Positions 28,491-38,841 of a DNA stretch of 64,000 nt are shown here, in pieces. Under the pieces are notes generated by a model. It searched no databases and was not told the DNA's origin. It saw nothing but the letters and a program-made list of their open reading frames with translations. The DNA comes from Candidatus Omnitrophota bacterium (GTDB taxonomy: Bacteria; Omnitrophota; Omnitrophia; Omnitrophales; Aquincolibacteriaceae), in the NCBI GenBank assembly GCA_016196545.1, contig JACPXM010000020.1, positions 4,168-68,167 of the forward strand, in the 5' to 3' direction. The stretch's first letter is position 1. Every line of letters starts with the position of its first letter. The translations under genes were made by a program, and so were the position numbers.

Positions 28491-30311
28491 ATGCTAATTT
28501 TCAATTTAAATTTTACCGATATCCCCCTCGAAACCCGCCGAAGGCTTGAGCCTTTATTGGAACTAAACGAAAAAACAGTGATTCTAGATATGGCGGATTG
28601 CGAGTCCTTTTCGCTTAAAGGTCAAAGGGTCGAGAGAAGAATATGGAAGGAAGATTTTCGGGAAAGCATCTCAGAGGCTCGCCGTGGAATTTCGTTTCTG
28701 CTCAATCCTTGGTTGAATGATAAAACACCGTGGGACTATCGAGGTCTTCCGCTACGAAAGATCCTGGAGGGGGAATTGCGTTCTATCGTTTTCTACCGTT
28801 TCCTCATGTTCATATTTTTCACGAAGGCCTTGAAGGCCACGACGTCAAAGCGAGTCGTGATGATCCGAAATAAGCAAGGTTACAATCCGGAGCTGGACCT
28901 GTGGTTTGAAGCGCTCAAGGGATTGGCCCATAACCGCTCTCTGGAATTATTGGAAATCGAAATCCCATCTCAAGGGGTCCCGTTTCGGCGTTGGCTTCGC
29001 CGGGGCTTAAAAGTTTTCCGAAAAGGTCTGACTCAAAAACGCTCAAATCGAATCACGGAATTGGGAAATCAAGAAAAAATCCTTGCGATGGGTTTTGATT
29101 TTCCGACGGCTTTTGAATTAATAACCCCCGTCTTTATCGATTTAAAAAAAGATTATGCTGTCAAATTGTGTCTTTCCGAAGCTTCCGGAGAAAAAGCGGA
29201 TCTTTTGATCAAAACCGCCCAACATTGTGACATCCCTTTTGAAATCCCAAGCCTTGGAGATTGCATTCAGCTTGAGAGGGAACCGCTGCCCGAAATGTAT
29301 CCCCTTTTTGAAACGGGCGCGCGCGACGCCGAATTGTGGAGATTTTTAAAACCCACCTTGGAGGAATATTTCGCTCCACGGGCTTTGCAAAACAAGTTTC
29401 GCCTCATTGAGAGCGTCCGGTTATGGCTTGAGGAAGACAAGGTGAAGGCCGTAATTTTACCCGCCGAAAAAACCGCGGTTCAAAGGGCCGCTTGTTATTG
29501 GGCGGGCATGAAGGCAATCAAAACCGTTATTGTGCCGCATTATTACGACCAATTTTCAATCAAACAGCGCGGCGATTTGTGGCATTCGCCGCCTTTGGCC
29601 ACTCAATGGGCAGTTTTGGGGGAGAAAATCAAAGAAGAATTGATCGATGGCGGAATGGATCGCGGGCGTATTACGGTAACGGGACTTCCTAAGTTCGATA
29701 TCTGCGAGACGGCCCCCGTAAATCAAAGTATCCTTCTTGACCGATTGAAGATTCGGGGAAGGTTCTCTGGAATATTTGTTTGGGCCTTGCAAGGGTTTCG
29801 GGAAGAGGCCTTGCTATTGGAGCATTTGAAGGCGGCCATGAAATTTTTTCCGGATAAGCTTTTAATTGTCAAACCGCATCCGTTTCAGGATCAAAAAGTA
29901 GAAGTCAAAGGGATAAAGAATATCGTGATTCATTCCCTCATGAGCATGAGGGATTTAATTTCCGCCGCCGAAATGCTTCTAACGGGAACTTCTATTAGTG
30001 CCTTTGAAGCGATTCTTATGGGGAGGCCGGTTCTCATTCTGAATTTATTTAACACCCTCTATCCCTATCCCTTTCTTGAGGCTCAAGCCGCATTCGAGGT
30101 GACAAAACCGGCTGAAATCGTCCCGACCATTAAAAAGATCTTGGAGGATACGAATGCTCAAAGTCAATTAAGGGCGGGCCGCGAGCAGATTCGTAAAGCC
30201 TATGGTCCCTGCGCAGGGCGGGATGCGAGGCAAAGATTAAGGGATCTCATTTTATCTGAGGACACGACATGCCTGAAATCCACGAACAATATCAAAAATT
30301 TAACGAGTTAA
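28491..30311 (+). CDS. GT-B fold capsule/surface-glycan biosynthesis protein (glycerophosphotransferase/2-epimerase-like C-domain)
   Basis: ITVTGLPKFD, VKPHP, SISAFEAILMGRPV. Confidence 0.65.
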   Translation: MLIFNLNFTDIPLETRRRLEPLLELNEKTVILDMADCESFSLKGQRVERRIWKEDFRESISEARRGISFLLNPWLNDKTPWDYRGLPLRKILEGELRSIVFYRFLMFIFFTKALKATTSKRVVMIRNKQGYNPELDLWFEALKGLAHNRSLELLEIEIPSQGVPFRRWLRRGLKVFRKGLTQKRSNRITELGNQEKILAMGFDFPTAFELITPVFIDLKKDYAVKLCLSEASGEKADLLIKTAQHCDIPFEIPSLGDCIQLEREPLPEMYPLFETGARDAELWRFLKPTLEEYFAPRALQNKFRLIESVRLWLEEDKVKAVILPAEKTAVQRAACYWAGMKAIKTVIVPHYYDQFSIKQRGDLWHSPPLATQWAVLGEKIKEELIDGGMDRGRITVTGLPKFDICETAPVNQSILLDRLKIRGRFSGIFVWALQGFREEALLLEHLKAAMKFFPDKLLIVKPHPFQDQKVEVKGIKNIVIHSLMSMRDLISAAEMLLTGTSISAFEAILMGRPVLILNLFNTLYPYPFLEAQAAFEVTKPAEIVPTIKKILEDTNAQSQLRAGREQIRKAYGPCAGRDARQRLRDLILSEDTTCLKSTNNIKNLTS

Positions 30312-31309
30312 AAGCAATTTTCATCGGAGGATTGAATCGCTCGGGAACCTCTTTAGTTCTCAGGCTTTTGGACGGGCATCCTAAATTGCTGGTTTATCCT
30401 ACGGAAAATTGCATGATTCGCGACTATTTTTCGGTGGATTCGAAGCATCCCATTCGAAAGGGAATGGACGAAGGAATGGCATCGCGGGATGCCCAAAAGG
30501 TTTTTGACCATATAAGGATTCAGCCGCGGGCATGGCAATTAACACGTTTAAGGATTAAGGCAAGCGCCGAGCTTCTTTGGCAGCGGCACCCTCATCCCGA
30601 AAGAATCTCTGATGTTTTTACTTCTTTTAACATTCAGGATTTCGAAAAATGTTTCATTGTAACTTTAAATCTGATTAGCTCGGAATGGGACATCGGTCAT
30701 TTGGTGAGGGCTTGGAATTTCAGCTATTTTTGGACCCTTGGCATCCAGGACATGACAAAATTTTCCGGATGGGTCAGCAAATGCCCCAATTCGGAAAATC
30801 ACTATGGTGCTTACCTTTCGTTATTTCCCAAAGGCCGTACGATTCATATCCTTCGGGATCCCCGTGCAATTTTTATCTCCGCGAAAGAAAAAAAGAAGTT
30901 TTCCGGCCAAGGCCAAAGGGAACTTTTGAGCCTGCAGCCTTTCAAAGAGCTTGTTTTGTCCATTCAAACCTATAAAAACCGGTGGGCGAAAGTGGCGGAG
31001 GCCTCCCAGCTTTATCCAAGTGATTTTAAGATTTTAAAATATGAGGATTTGATTCAAAACCCTCAGCGCGAGATGGAAAAAATAAGCCATTTTTTGGGGA
31101 TCGAATACGACGCTATTTTGTTGACTCCGACTTTTATGGGGGATCCGTGGTATGCGAATTCCAGTTTTGAGCTTCAAAAAGATAAAACGGGAATTATTTT
31201 TCAAGATTCTTTAAAGCGATGGCAGAAGGAGATCTCCATTTGGGAAAGACTGCTGCTCAATTGCCACTTTTCAAAAATTCTTAAGGAGTGGAATTACCCC
31301 CGCTACTAA
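30269..31309 (+). CDS. PAPS-dependent sulfotransferase (copy 1)
   Basis: 5'-PSB IFIGGLNRSGTSL, LLDGHP; 3'-PB RDPRAIFIS; KYEDL. Confidence 0.9.
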   Translation: MPEIHEQYQKFNELKAIFIGGLNRSGTSLVLRLLDGHPKLLVYPTENCMIRDYFSVDSKHPIRKGMDEGMASRDAQKVFDHIRIQPRAWQLTRLRIKASAELLWQRHPHPERISDVFTSFNIQDFEKCFIVTLNLISSEWDIGHLVRAWNFSYFWTLGIQDMTKFSGWVSKCPNSENHYGAYLSLFPKGRTIHILRDPRAIFISAKEKKKFSGQGQRELLSLQPFKELVLSIQTYKNRWAKVAEASQLYPSDFKILKYEDLIQNPQREMEKISHFLGIEYDAILLTPTFMGDPWYANSSFELQKDKTGIIFQDSLKRWQKEISIWERLLLNCHFSKILKEWNYPRY

Positions 31310-31321
31310 AAGTGAGGAGCT

Positions 31322-32338
31322 TTGATGTCTGAAATCCAAAAACAATTTCAAGCCTTCAGTAAGTTAACGGCGATTTTTATCGGGGGACTGGCACGATCGG
31401 GAACCTCCCTCATGCTACGCTTGTTGGATGGGCATCCCAAATTGCTCGTCCACCCGATTGAAAATTGCATCCTACGAGATTTTTTCGAAGCGCCCCCCAC
31501 GCATCCGGTCCGCAAGGGGATTGAAGAAGGGATGGGATCGCGGGATGCACAGAAGATTTTTGATCATTTGAAGACCAATCCCCGGGCATGGAGGCTTACC
31601 CGCGTAAGGACAGAAGGAGAGGGAGAAATCGTGGAGGAACACTCTTCCTTTAATGTGGAAGGGTTTGAAAAATGCTTTTTAGAAACCTTAAGCGGCGTCA
31701 ATTCCGCATGGGACATTCATCATTTACTTCAGGTTTGGCTTTTTAGTTATTTTTGGACGCTCAAAAAGCGGGACATGTCCCTGTATTCCGGTTGGGTCAT
31801 CAAATGTCCGAGTGCGGCCAAGTATTATAAAACCTACGCGGACTATTTTCCCGAGAGAAGGATTATCCATTTGATGCGCGATCCCCGCGCCGTCTATCTG
31901 TCGGCAAGGGAAAAAAAGACTTCCGCGCAAAATCAGGAAGTGGTCACTGTCCTTTTAAGAAAAAGGCCCCTTTTGGGAGTCCCGCTTTTGATGCGATTTT
32001 ACAAGGATGAAATAGATCGTGCCCAAGCCTTTGCCAAAGCTCAGCGTGTCAAATTTACCCTCATAAAGTATGAAGATTTGGTGAACTTCCCTCAAGATCA
32101 AATGGAAAAAATTAGCCATTTTTTAAACATCCCCTATGATCCTATTTTGGCAATGCCTACTTTCGGGGGACGGCCGTGGGTTGCCAATTCCAGTTTTGAG
32201 GTTCCGAGAGATCAAAGCGGAAAAATTTTTGAGGATTCTTCCAAACGCTGGGAAAAAGGGATCTCCGTTTGGGAAAGGCTTTTATTCGGGGTTTATTTTT
32301 CAAAAACGATTAAGGAGTGGAATTACCCCCGCTACTAA
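31322..32338 (+). CDS. PAPS-dependent sulfotransferase (copy 2)
   Basis: IFIGGLARSGTSL, RDPRAVYLS, KYEDL. Confidence 0.9.
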   Translation: MMSEIQKQFQAFSKLTAIFIGGLARSGTSLMLRLLDGHPKLLVHPIENCILRDFFEAPPTHPVRKGIEEGMGSRDAQKIFDHLKTNPRAWRLTRVRTEGEGEIVEEHSSFNVEGFEKCFLETLSGVNSAWDIHHLLQVWLFSYFWTLKKRDMSLYSGWVIKCPSAAKYYKTYADYFPERRIIHLMRDPRAVYLSAREKKTSAQNQEVVTVLLRKRPLLGVPLLMRFYKDEIDRAQAFAKAQRVKFTLIKYEDLVNFPQDQMEKISHFLNIPYDPILAMPTFGGRPWVANSSFEVPRDQSGKIFEDSSKRWEKGISVWERLLFGVYFSKTIKEWNYPRY

Positions 32339-32341
32339 AGG

Positions 32342-33322
32342 TTGCTCATGCCGGATATCTCCTTCATTATCCCTGCCTTGAATGAAAAGGAAACCCTGCG
32401 TTATACCCTTGCGAATCTCTTTAAGACGGTTACGCAACAAAGTTTTGAAGTCATTGTCGTGGATGACGGCTCTGAGGAAGACCTTTCAGGAGAGCTGATT
32501 GATCCCGGTAAGGTGATTTATATCAAAAATCACCAAAGATTGGGAGTCTCAAAATCCCGAAATCGCGGTGCCCGCCAGGCCCGGGGCCAAGTCCTCGTAT
32601 TTTTAGATGCCCATGTATGTTTTGTGGGGGATTGGCTCAGTAAAATTTTAAAAAAAAGAAAGCAGTTCAAGGATGCCGTCATGGGCATCATGACATATCC
32701 CTTAACAGATATTCAGGTGTTTTGGGAAATTGCCCTCTCGGGCGTCCCTCCTAAGAAAAAAATAAAGTCGCAGCCTTGTTACGGGTTTACCATGACTTCA
32801 TTGCCCATGCCGGAGCTTCATGCCATTTCTTCGAAACGATTCCATTCACCCTTTGAGGTCCCCATCGTAACGGCCCGCGCTATGATCGTTGAAAAAAATT
32901 TATTCTTTGAACTCGGGGGATTTCTTAATGAACTTACCGGTTATGGGGCCCTCGAAGATACGGAATTTTGTATGCGGGCTTGGATTTTTGGGAAAAAAGT
33001 GCTCGCCTTTGCCGATACGGAGTGCTATCACTGCCTTTACGGGCCGAGGTCTACCAAAAGCACACGCGTCGAATATGAAAAAATACCTTTTTATACCGAA
33101 AAATATGAAGGCGGTGTGGAAAACGCGTTTCGAATCTTTTACCTGCACTCTTCCGAAAATCAATTTAAGCAACTGATCGACTTCCATAAAAATCTCTCGG
33201 GGTTTAGCCCGAACCTTTCGGCGATTCTGACGGACGAATTAAAGGCCCAAAAAGAATGGATTTCCAAAAAAAGAATTCATGATGAGGACTGGCTTTTTCA
33301 GAGAATGAAAAAGGTAGGTTGA
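32342..33322 (+). CDS. Glycosyltransferase family 2
   Basis: IIPALNE, VVDDGS, FLDAH, EDTE. Confidence 0.9.
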   Translation: MLMPDISFIIPALNEKETLRYTLANLFKTVTQQSFEVIVVDDGSEEDLSGELIDPGKVIYIKNHQRLGVSKSRNRGARQARGQVLVFLDAHVCFVGDWLSKILKKRKQFKDAVMGIMTYPLTDIQVFWEIALSGVPPKKKIKSQPCYGFTMTSLPMPELHAISSKRFHSPFEVPIVTARAMIVEKNLFFELGGFLNELTGYGALEDTEFCMRAWIFGKKVLAFADTECYHCLYGPRSTKSTRVEYEKIPFYTEKYEGGVENAFRIFYLHSSENQFKQLIDFHKNLSGFSPNLSAILTDELKAQKEWISKKRIHDEDWLFQRMKKVG

Positions 33323-33774
33323 GAATGTTTCCTCCGATCGTGATTGTGACCGATTCCCTAAAAAGGATGGAGGAATTTAAAAATAACGAGAGGTATTTAA
33401 TTGTCGCCACCCGGCCCCACCTAATTTTGGAATTCAAAGAAATGGGGTATTTGAATACCCGCGATTTGGGTCAATATCAAACGGGGAGGTTTCACGACTA
33501 TAACGATTTATACCGTCACTACGAGGCAGAGGTCCTCAAAGGGTCCGGATTGGCAGAAAAGGAGGAGGCCCTCTCGTGGGAGAATTTCCGTCAAACCTTG
33601 ATGTCTGCCCTTGCACCCATTTACTTCCTGCGAGATACCCTGAGCTCGCTTGCTCAAAAGGAAGGGGCCCACGAATTTATATTGAAAGTTCAAGACCCGG
33701 AATCAAAACTTAATTTTCAAATGGCCGTAAATGAACTCCATGAAAAAAATCTTATTCGCATTTTATCATCGTGA
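33319..33774 (+). CDS. Hypothetical protein, possibly N-terminal partner/fragment of next ORF
   Basis: TTG start overlapping upstream stop; no recognisable motif. Confidence 0.5.
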   Translation: MRMFPPIVIVTDSLKRMEEFKNNERYLIVATRPHLILEFKEMGYLNTRDLGQYQTGRFHDYNDLYRHYEAEVLKGSGLAEKEEALSWENFRQTLMSALAPIYFLRDTLSSLAQKEGAHEFILKVQDPESKLNFQMAVNELHEKNLIRILSS

Positions 33775-34840
33775 TGATTTTCCCACGATAGAACCGCTTC
33801 CGCTTCCTTTAGCGAGGCGGGGGGCTGAGGCCTTTCTCTGTAATAGTTATCTGCCCCGATTTAGGTTTAAAACCTCAAATTGGAAAACGATTTTTCCCAA
33901 GCCTTCAAGGATAAAAGATTCAAACAAAGAATATTTATCCCAAGTTTTAAGCCCTCTGGCGAGAGGCATCTTAAATAAAAGGTACGGCAGTAATACGGTT
34001 ATTGAACATTTGCATAGTTATCAAACCGATATTCCCCCTTTTCTTGAAAGGACTCTTCAAACCCTGAAACCGGATTTGGTGGTACTCTCTTTGAGCGAAG
34101 TTGAAAGTATGCTGGCCCGGGACGCCTGCAAACGATTTTCCGTGAAATATTGCTATTTGTTGCCGCAGTATTTTGAATTCAAGACCCTCGGCTATTTTAA
34201 AATCGAGCCCGTCCCTTATCTCGTGGCCGGAGAGGAGGGAAAAGAGCGCCTGATTCGTAAAGGGGCCCGCCCGGAACAGATCTTCGTTACCGGAAACGCT
34301 TCCTACGACAAAGTCTTTCGTATCCTCAAAAAAAAGATCCCCAAAGATACTTCCCATAAAACTATTCTATTTGCCCAGCAAAATAGAAGTGAGGACGCCA
34401 TTCTAATGGATCTTTTAAAGCGCTATTTATCGAGACGAAAAACGGTGCGATGGGTTAACCGTCCTCATCCCACAGAGTTAAGCGGCAAGAGGCGGTCTTT
34501 TGCACAGTCTCAAAGCCTTCATTCCGACCTTTTAAAATCAGATGTCTTGGTGACGGCATCTTCCCTAACGCTGCTTGACGCAATCGTCTTGAATGTTCCG
34601 GCCCTTTCATTTAAATGCGACTATTTTCCTGAAGAAATTTCCTTTGCGGACCATGGCGATGTACTTCCGGCGCGTAACTACGGAGAATTGGAGAAATTTT
34701 TAGATCTTATTCTTTTTGATTCAGAATTTCGAAGGGTTTGGCGCAAATCCCGTGAAGATGCCTCTAAAAAATATCTGTCTCAGGGTGACGACCCTGCTGC
34801 GGAAAAAATTGCCGAGGTCTTGCTTGACCTTGCTTCCTAA
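33731..34840 (+). CDS. GT-B fold capsule biosynthesis protein, paralog of 28491-30311 C-domain
   Basis: IFVTGNASYD, NRPHP, SLTLLDAIVLNVP. Confidence 0.65.
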   Translation: MNSMKKILFAFYHRDDFPTIEPLPLPLARRGAEAFLCNSYLPRFRFKTSNWKTIFPKPSRIKDSNKEYLSQVLSPLARGILNKRYGSNTVIEHLHSYQTDIPPFLERTLQTLKPDLVVLSLSEVESMLARDACKRFSVKYCYLLPQYFEFKTLGYFKIEPVPYLVAGEEGKERLIRKGARPEQIFVTGNASYDKVFRILKKKIPKDTSHKTILFAQQNRSEDAILMDLLKRYLSRRKTVRWVNRPHPTELSGKRRSFAQSQSLHSDLLKSDVLVTASSLTLLDAIVLNVPALSFKCDYFPEEISFADHGDVLPARNYGELEKFLDLILFDSEFRRVWRKSREDASKKYLSQGDDPAAEKIAEVLLDLAS

Positions 34841-34841
34841 C

Positions 34842-35849
34842 TTGAATCAAAAAATTACAGTGCGTTCCTACGAAGCGGGGGATGAGGCCGGCGTTCGGGA
34901 TTTGTTTCATCGTGTCTTTGGAAAAGAAAAAAGGAAGGAAATTTGGGAATGGGAATTTTTCAGCGCCGAAAACGGCCCGTCTCTTTTGACAGTTGCGGCT
35001 GATGACGACGGTCATATTGTTGGATTTTGCGGAGGGGTGTCTCTACGGTTTCAGTATCAGGAAAGGGTATTAAAGGTTTATCAAATCGTGGACCTTATGG
35101 TCCATCCCGATTGTCGGTGCCGAGGACTTTTGCGTGACTTGATGCAATACCATTTTAAAAGTGCCCCGGGAGCTGATTACGGATTTATGTACGGATTTCC
35201 TTCCCCGGAGGCCGCGCGTTTGTTGAAATTTCATCAATTGAGCGAAGCGGCCTCGGAGATCACCGAGTGGAAAATGAAGCTTGGCTGGAGAAAGGGGCTC
35301 AAACTTTTATGGAAGCAGAACGCCTCAAAGGGAAATACTTTCGTGTTCACGCCTCTTAAGAAGTTTGATTCAGAAATCGATAGGTTCTGGGAATCTGTAA
35401 AAGGGGATTATCCCTGTGGGATTATTCGAGATAGTCAGTATCTTAATTGGCGCTATGCAGACGCTCCAGGACATCCTTATGATCTTTTTGTTGCCAGAGA
35501 CTCTCAAACCCGCTCGATTCAGGGATTAGCCGTGACCGAGGCGGTAGCGAATTCCGGCCGCTGGGAGATTATTTTATGGGAACTTTTTGTTCGCCCGAAT
35601 GACGACGCGTGCTTGCGATTTATGCTTGATCGTTTGGCGCTTCGCTGCTGGCTTCGTGGAAAGAAAGCCCTTCGCTTTTTTCAGGCGCCTCAAAAAAAAC
35701 CCCCGATTTTTATGTCCCTTGGATTTAAGAAAAAAGCGTTTGAGGCATGCCGATTTCTGCCCTTGTTTTATGGTCCCTCGGTCGATCGTTCCTTTATCAA
35801 GGACCGTCATTATTATTCACCAGGTGATATGGATCTTTTCTTCTTTTAA
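34842..35849 (+). CDS. GNAT-family acyltransferase (tandem GNAT)
   Basis: VRSYEAGD, DLMVHPDCRCRGL, YGFP, YLNWRY, GDMD. Confidence 0.82.
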   Translation: MNQKITVRSYEAGDEAGVRDLFHRVFGKEKRKEIWEWEFFSAENGPSLLTVAADDDGHIVGFCGGVSLRFQYQERVLKVYQIVDLMVHPDCRCRGLLRDLMQYHFKSAPGADYGFMYGFPSPEAARLLKFHQLSEAASEITEWKMKLGWRKGLKLLWKQNASKGNTFVFTPLKKFDSEIDRFWESVKGDYPCGIIRDSQYLNWRYADAPGHPYDLFVARDSQTRSIQGLAVTEAVANSGRWEIILWELFVRPNDDACLRFMLDRLALRCWLRGKKALRFFQAPQKKPPIFMSLGFKKKAFEACRFLPLFYGPSVDRSFIKDRHYYSPGDMDLFFF

Positions 35850-35850
35850 A

Positions 35851-36822
35851 ATGGTCAATCCCAAATCGATTTGTGAAAAGCTCGACCGAAGGCTTTCAGC
35901 CGTCTTAGGATCACGCATTGTCATTTTAAATTATCATCATGTCCTCGCCTCCCGTCAGGATTTATTCAATATCTGTGTCGCGCCCAAAAATTTTGAGGCC
36001 CATTTGGAATTCCTCAAGCGCCGGTATCGGGTCTTGGGTCTTTCGGAACTATTGGGTCTTTTGAAAATAGGCAAAATTCCCCACAGGGCCGTAGTCCTGA
36101 CTTTCGACGACGGATATTCAGATAACTATTTGAACGCGGTGCCTCTTTTAGAAAAATATCGAATGCCCGCAACTTTTTTTGTGACCACACAACATCTAGA
36201 TACCCTTGAGGAATTTTGGTGGGATGGGATTCAAAGACTGGCTTTGTCCCTCAAAAAATTTCCGGAAAAGGTTCATCTTGAAATTTCCGGTGAGGATTGT
36301 GAATTGGCATTGGGGTCATCTCCCGAACCGACATTGAGATTATTATCCCAAAAAATGTATTCGCTGGAGGAGGAAAGCCGGAGGCGTCTTCTCCAGGAAC
36401 TATTTCGAAAATGTGGCGTTCGGGACGAGCCCCGAGCTGAGTACCGGTGTTTTTCGTCAGAAGAGCTCTTTTTGATTTCTAAAAATCCCCTTTTTGAAAT
36501 GGGTGCCCATACGGTTTCACACCGGTCCCTTAAATCGCTCCCCCTTGAAACCCAGAGGATGGAAATTTTGGCGAGCAAGAAATGCTTAGAAGAAATCATT
36601 CAAAAGACAATCCGGCATTTTGCGTATCCCTTTGGAACGCCGGAGCATTACACGCCTGAAACACAACGGTTAGTTCAAGCATGTGGATTTAAAAGCGCCT
36701 GCACGGTGGGATCTAGCGCGGTGAATCCTGACAGCCCTTTATTTGGTCTCTGCCGACTGGCGGTTGGAGATGGCCCAGCGACTTCATTTTCACAAAAGCT
36801 TGCGGAGTGTTTTCATTCTTAA
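35851..36822 (+). CDS. Polysaccharide deacetylase (NodB/CE4)
   Basis: LNYH, LTFDDGY, GAHTVSH, FAYPFG. Confidence 0.9.
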   Translation: MVNPKSICEKLDRRLSAVLGSRIVILNYHHVLASRQDLFNICVAPKNFEAHLEFLKRRYRVLGLSELLGLLKIGKIPHRAVVLTFDDGYSDNYLNAVPLLEKYRMPATFFVTTQHLDTLEEFWWDGIQRLALSLKKFPEKVHLEISGEDCELALGSSPEPTLRLLSQKMYSLEEESRRRLLQELFRKCGVRDEPRAEYRCFSSEELFLISKNPLFEMGAHTVSHRSLKSLPLETQRMEILASKKCLEEIIQKTIRHFAYPFGTPEHYTPETQRLVQACGFKSACTVGSSAVNPDSPLFGLCRLAVGDGPATSFSQKLAECFHS

Positions 36823-36829
36823 ACCCTTT

Positions 36830-38008
36830 ATGAAGCAAAAACTCAAATTGCATTCTCTCGCTATTTTCTGTGCTTCGCTTGTTATGTCTTCGGCCTTGGC
36901 CTGGCCCTTTTTGCCGGCGGTGAGGAATAAGCAATACGCCGTCTTTCCTCCAAAGTGGCGGGAAGTCTTAAAGCCAGATCCAAAAATTTTGTCCGGAATC
37001 GAGGGTGAATCCAGATTCAGCACGAACCGTTTGGGACTGCGGGGCGATGAACTTGGCGATCCAAAGATTAGAATTCTTGTTCTGGGAGGATCTGCGACAG
37101 AGTGCGGGTACTTGGATGATTCGGAGACCTGGCCTTATTTGATTCAAAAACAGCTTTCAAATTCACTCGCTGAAACCGTATGGGTAGGAAATGCCGGAAG
37201 GTCAGGGCATCATTCCTTGCATCACCTCGCACAGATGGAAATATTACTCGATCAAATCAAGCCCATCCATTTGGTAATTGTCATGATGGGATTCAATGAT
37301 ATGGCCGCTTGGCTCCGTCGCAAAGAGGATACCTTTGAAACTTGGCAGGATGCTGCCGTCCGCGAGAAATATACGCGCTCGGCCTTCTCCCGCGCCCCCG
37401 TAAAAGGGTTTAAAAATCAGCTTCGTCAAAGCCTTCACTCCCTTCGTAATTTTTTTAACGGAAAGGATCATTGGCATTCGGAAGAAATTCGTACCGGAAG
37501 TCAATATCGAGGCCTTCGAGAAAGAAGAATGAAAAGCGATCAAATTCTAATTCCGGAAGAAAAACTGGCAACGCTACCCTTCGCCTTAAAGAGGTATCAA
37601 CAAAACATTGAACAAATAATTCAAATTGCGAAAAATCATCAGACCCCATTGCTTTTTTTGACCCAACCCGGACTTTATCATGAATCGATGTCGCCTGAAG
37701 AGACGGCGCTTTTATGGTTTGGTGCCATTCAAGGAACCGAGGATATCAGGGCCCCTGCCGCAAATTATGCCCGAGTGGAGGAAATGAGAAGCGTTTTGAG
37801 CGATTATAACCAGATCCTCCTCAAAACGGCTGGGATGCATTCGATTGAAACATTGGATTTAGACCGGCTTTTACCCGCAAGCACCGAGATTTTTTATGAC
37901 GATGTTCATTTTCATGAAGCCGGGGCCGCAAGGGTTGCCCAACTCGTGGTTCAATCTTTATGTGACTCCAGGATTCTGAGTATGCCTTGCCGGAGAGAGG
38001 TCGCATGA
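36830..38008 (+). CDS. SGNH/GDSL hydrolase-like exported protein (acyl esterase/transferase)
   Basis: LGGSAT, NAGRSG, GFND, DDVH; N-terminal hydrophobic helix. Confidence 0.8.
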   Translation: MKQKLKLHSLAIFCASLVMSSALAWPFLPAVRNKQYAVFPPKWREVLKPDPKILSGIEGESRFSTNRLGLRGDELGDPKIRILVLGGSATECGYLDDSETWPYLIQKQLSNSLAETVWVGNAGRSGHHSLHHLAQMEILLDQIKPIHLVIVMMGFNDMAAWLRRKEDTFETWQDAAVREKYTRSAFSRAPVKGFKNQLRQSLHSLRNFFNGKDHWHSEEIRTGSQYRGLRERRMKSDQILIPEEKLATLPFALKRYQQNIEQIIQIAKNHQTPLLFLTQPGLYHESMSPEETALLWFGAIQGTEDIRAPAANYARVEEMRSVLSDYNQILLKTAGMHSIETLDLDRLLPASTEIFYDDVHFHEAGAARVAQLVVQSLCDSRILSMPCRREVA

Positions 38009-38841
38009 TGGAGAAACCTCCTTTAGTGAGTGTTATTGTTCCGACCTATAATCGTCCGGCCATGCTTCAGGAAGCGCTTCAAAGTGTCTTGAATCAGACC
38101 TATAAAAATATTGAAGTCCTTGTCGTCAATGACGGCGGTAGGGATGTGGAAAAAGACATTGCTTCTTTGGGATTCAAAGAACGTCTGATTTATATCCGCC
38201 ACCCTGAACACAAAGAAAGGTCTCGGGCAAGGAATACGGCGATAAAGGCTTCCCAGGGCAAATACATTGCGTATCTCGATGACGATGACATTTATTATCC
38301 CGATCATTTAGAAACCTTGGTGAATTTTCTCGAAACTCATCCTTATGCCATCGCTTATACGGATGCTTATCACGCCTTTCAAAAGAAAAAAAATGAACAA
38401 TATGTTACCGTGTCAAAAAAAATATTATTTTCTTATGATTTTAACCGGGATGAGTTAATGATAAAAAATCTCATTCCCATCCTTTGCCTCATGCATCAAA
38501 AAGAATGCCTCGAAAAAGCCGGCGGTTTTGATGAAACGCTCACAACCCACGAAGACTGGGATTTGTGGATTCGTCTTTCCAGGCACTTTGATTTTGCGCA
38601 CATTAAAGAATTCACATGCGAAGTTCGTTGTCATGACGGCACGACCACGGCCCAGCAAAAGGCCGATTTTTTACGTACGAAGATGCTTATTTATGAGAAA
38701 TACAAAAAATATGTCGAAGGAAAACCCGGCATTCTAAAAAGACAAAGCGAAGATTTAAAACAATACGGCTCCTTTTGTGAAGCATTCGAAGCGGCCGTGA
38801 AAAAATTAGGGAGATTATTTCATGATCATCCTCGGAATTAA
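38005..38841 (+). CDS. Glycosyltransferase family 2
   Basis: VSVIVPTYNR, VNDGG, YLDDDD, EDWD. Confidence 0.92.
   Translation: MMEKPPLVSVIVPTYNRPAMLQEALQSVLNQTYKNIEVLVVNDGGRDVEKDIASLGFKERLIYIRHPEHKERSRARNTAIKASQGKYIAYLDDDDIYYPDHLETLVNFLETHPYAIAYTDAYHAFQKKKNEQYVTVSKKILFSYDFNRDELMIKNLIPILCLMHQKECLEKAGGFDETLTTHEDWDLWIRLSRHFDFAHIKEFTCEVRCHDGTTTAQQKADFLRTKMLIYEKYKKYVEGKPGILKRQSEDLKQYGSFCEAFEAAVKKLGRLFHDHPRN

Noticed and set aside
35587-35850. N-terminal extensions in ORF track (deacetylase, GNAT, SGNH, DUF4340, lhgO, mutY)
   Set aside because: Longest-ORF artefacts overlapping upstream genes or promoters; downstream starts fit coupling and family length
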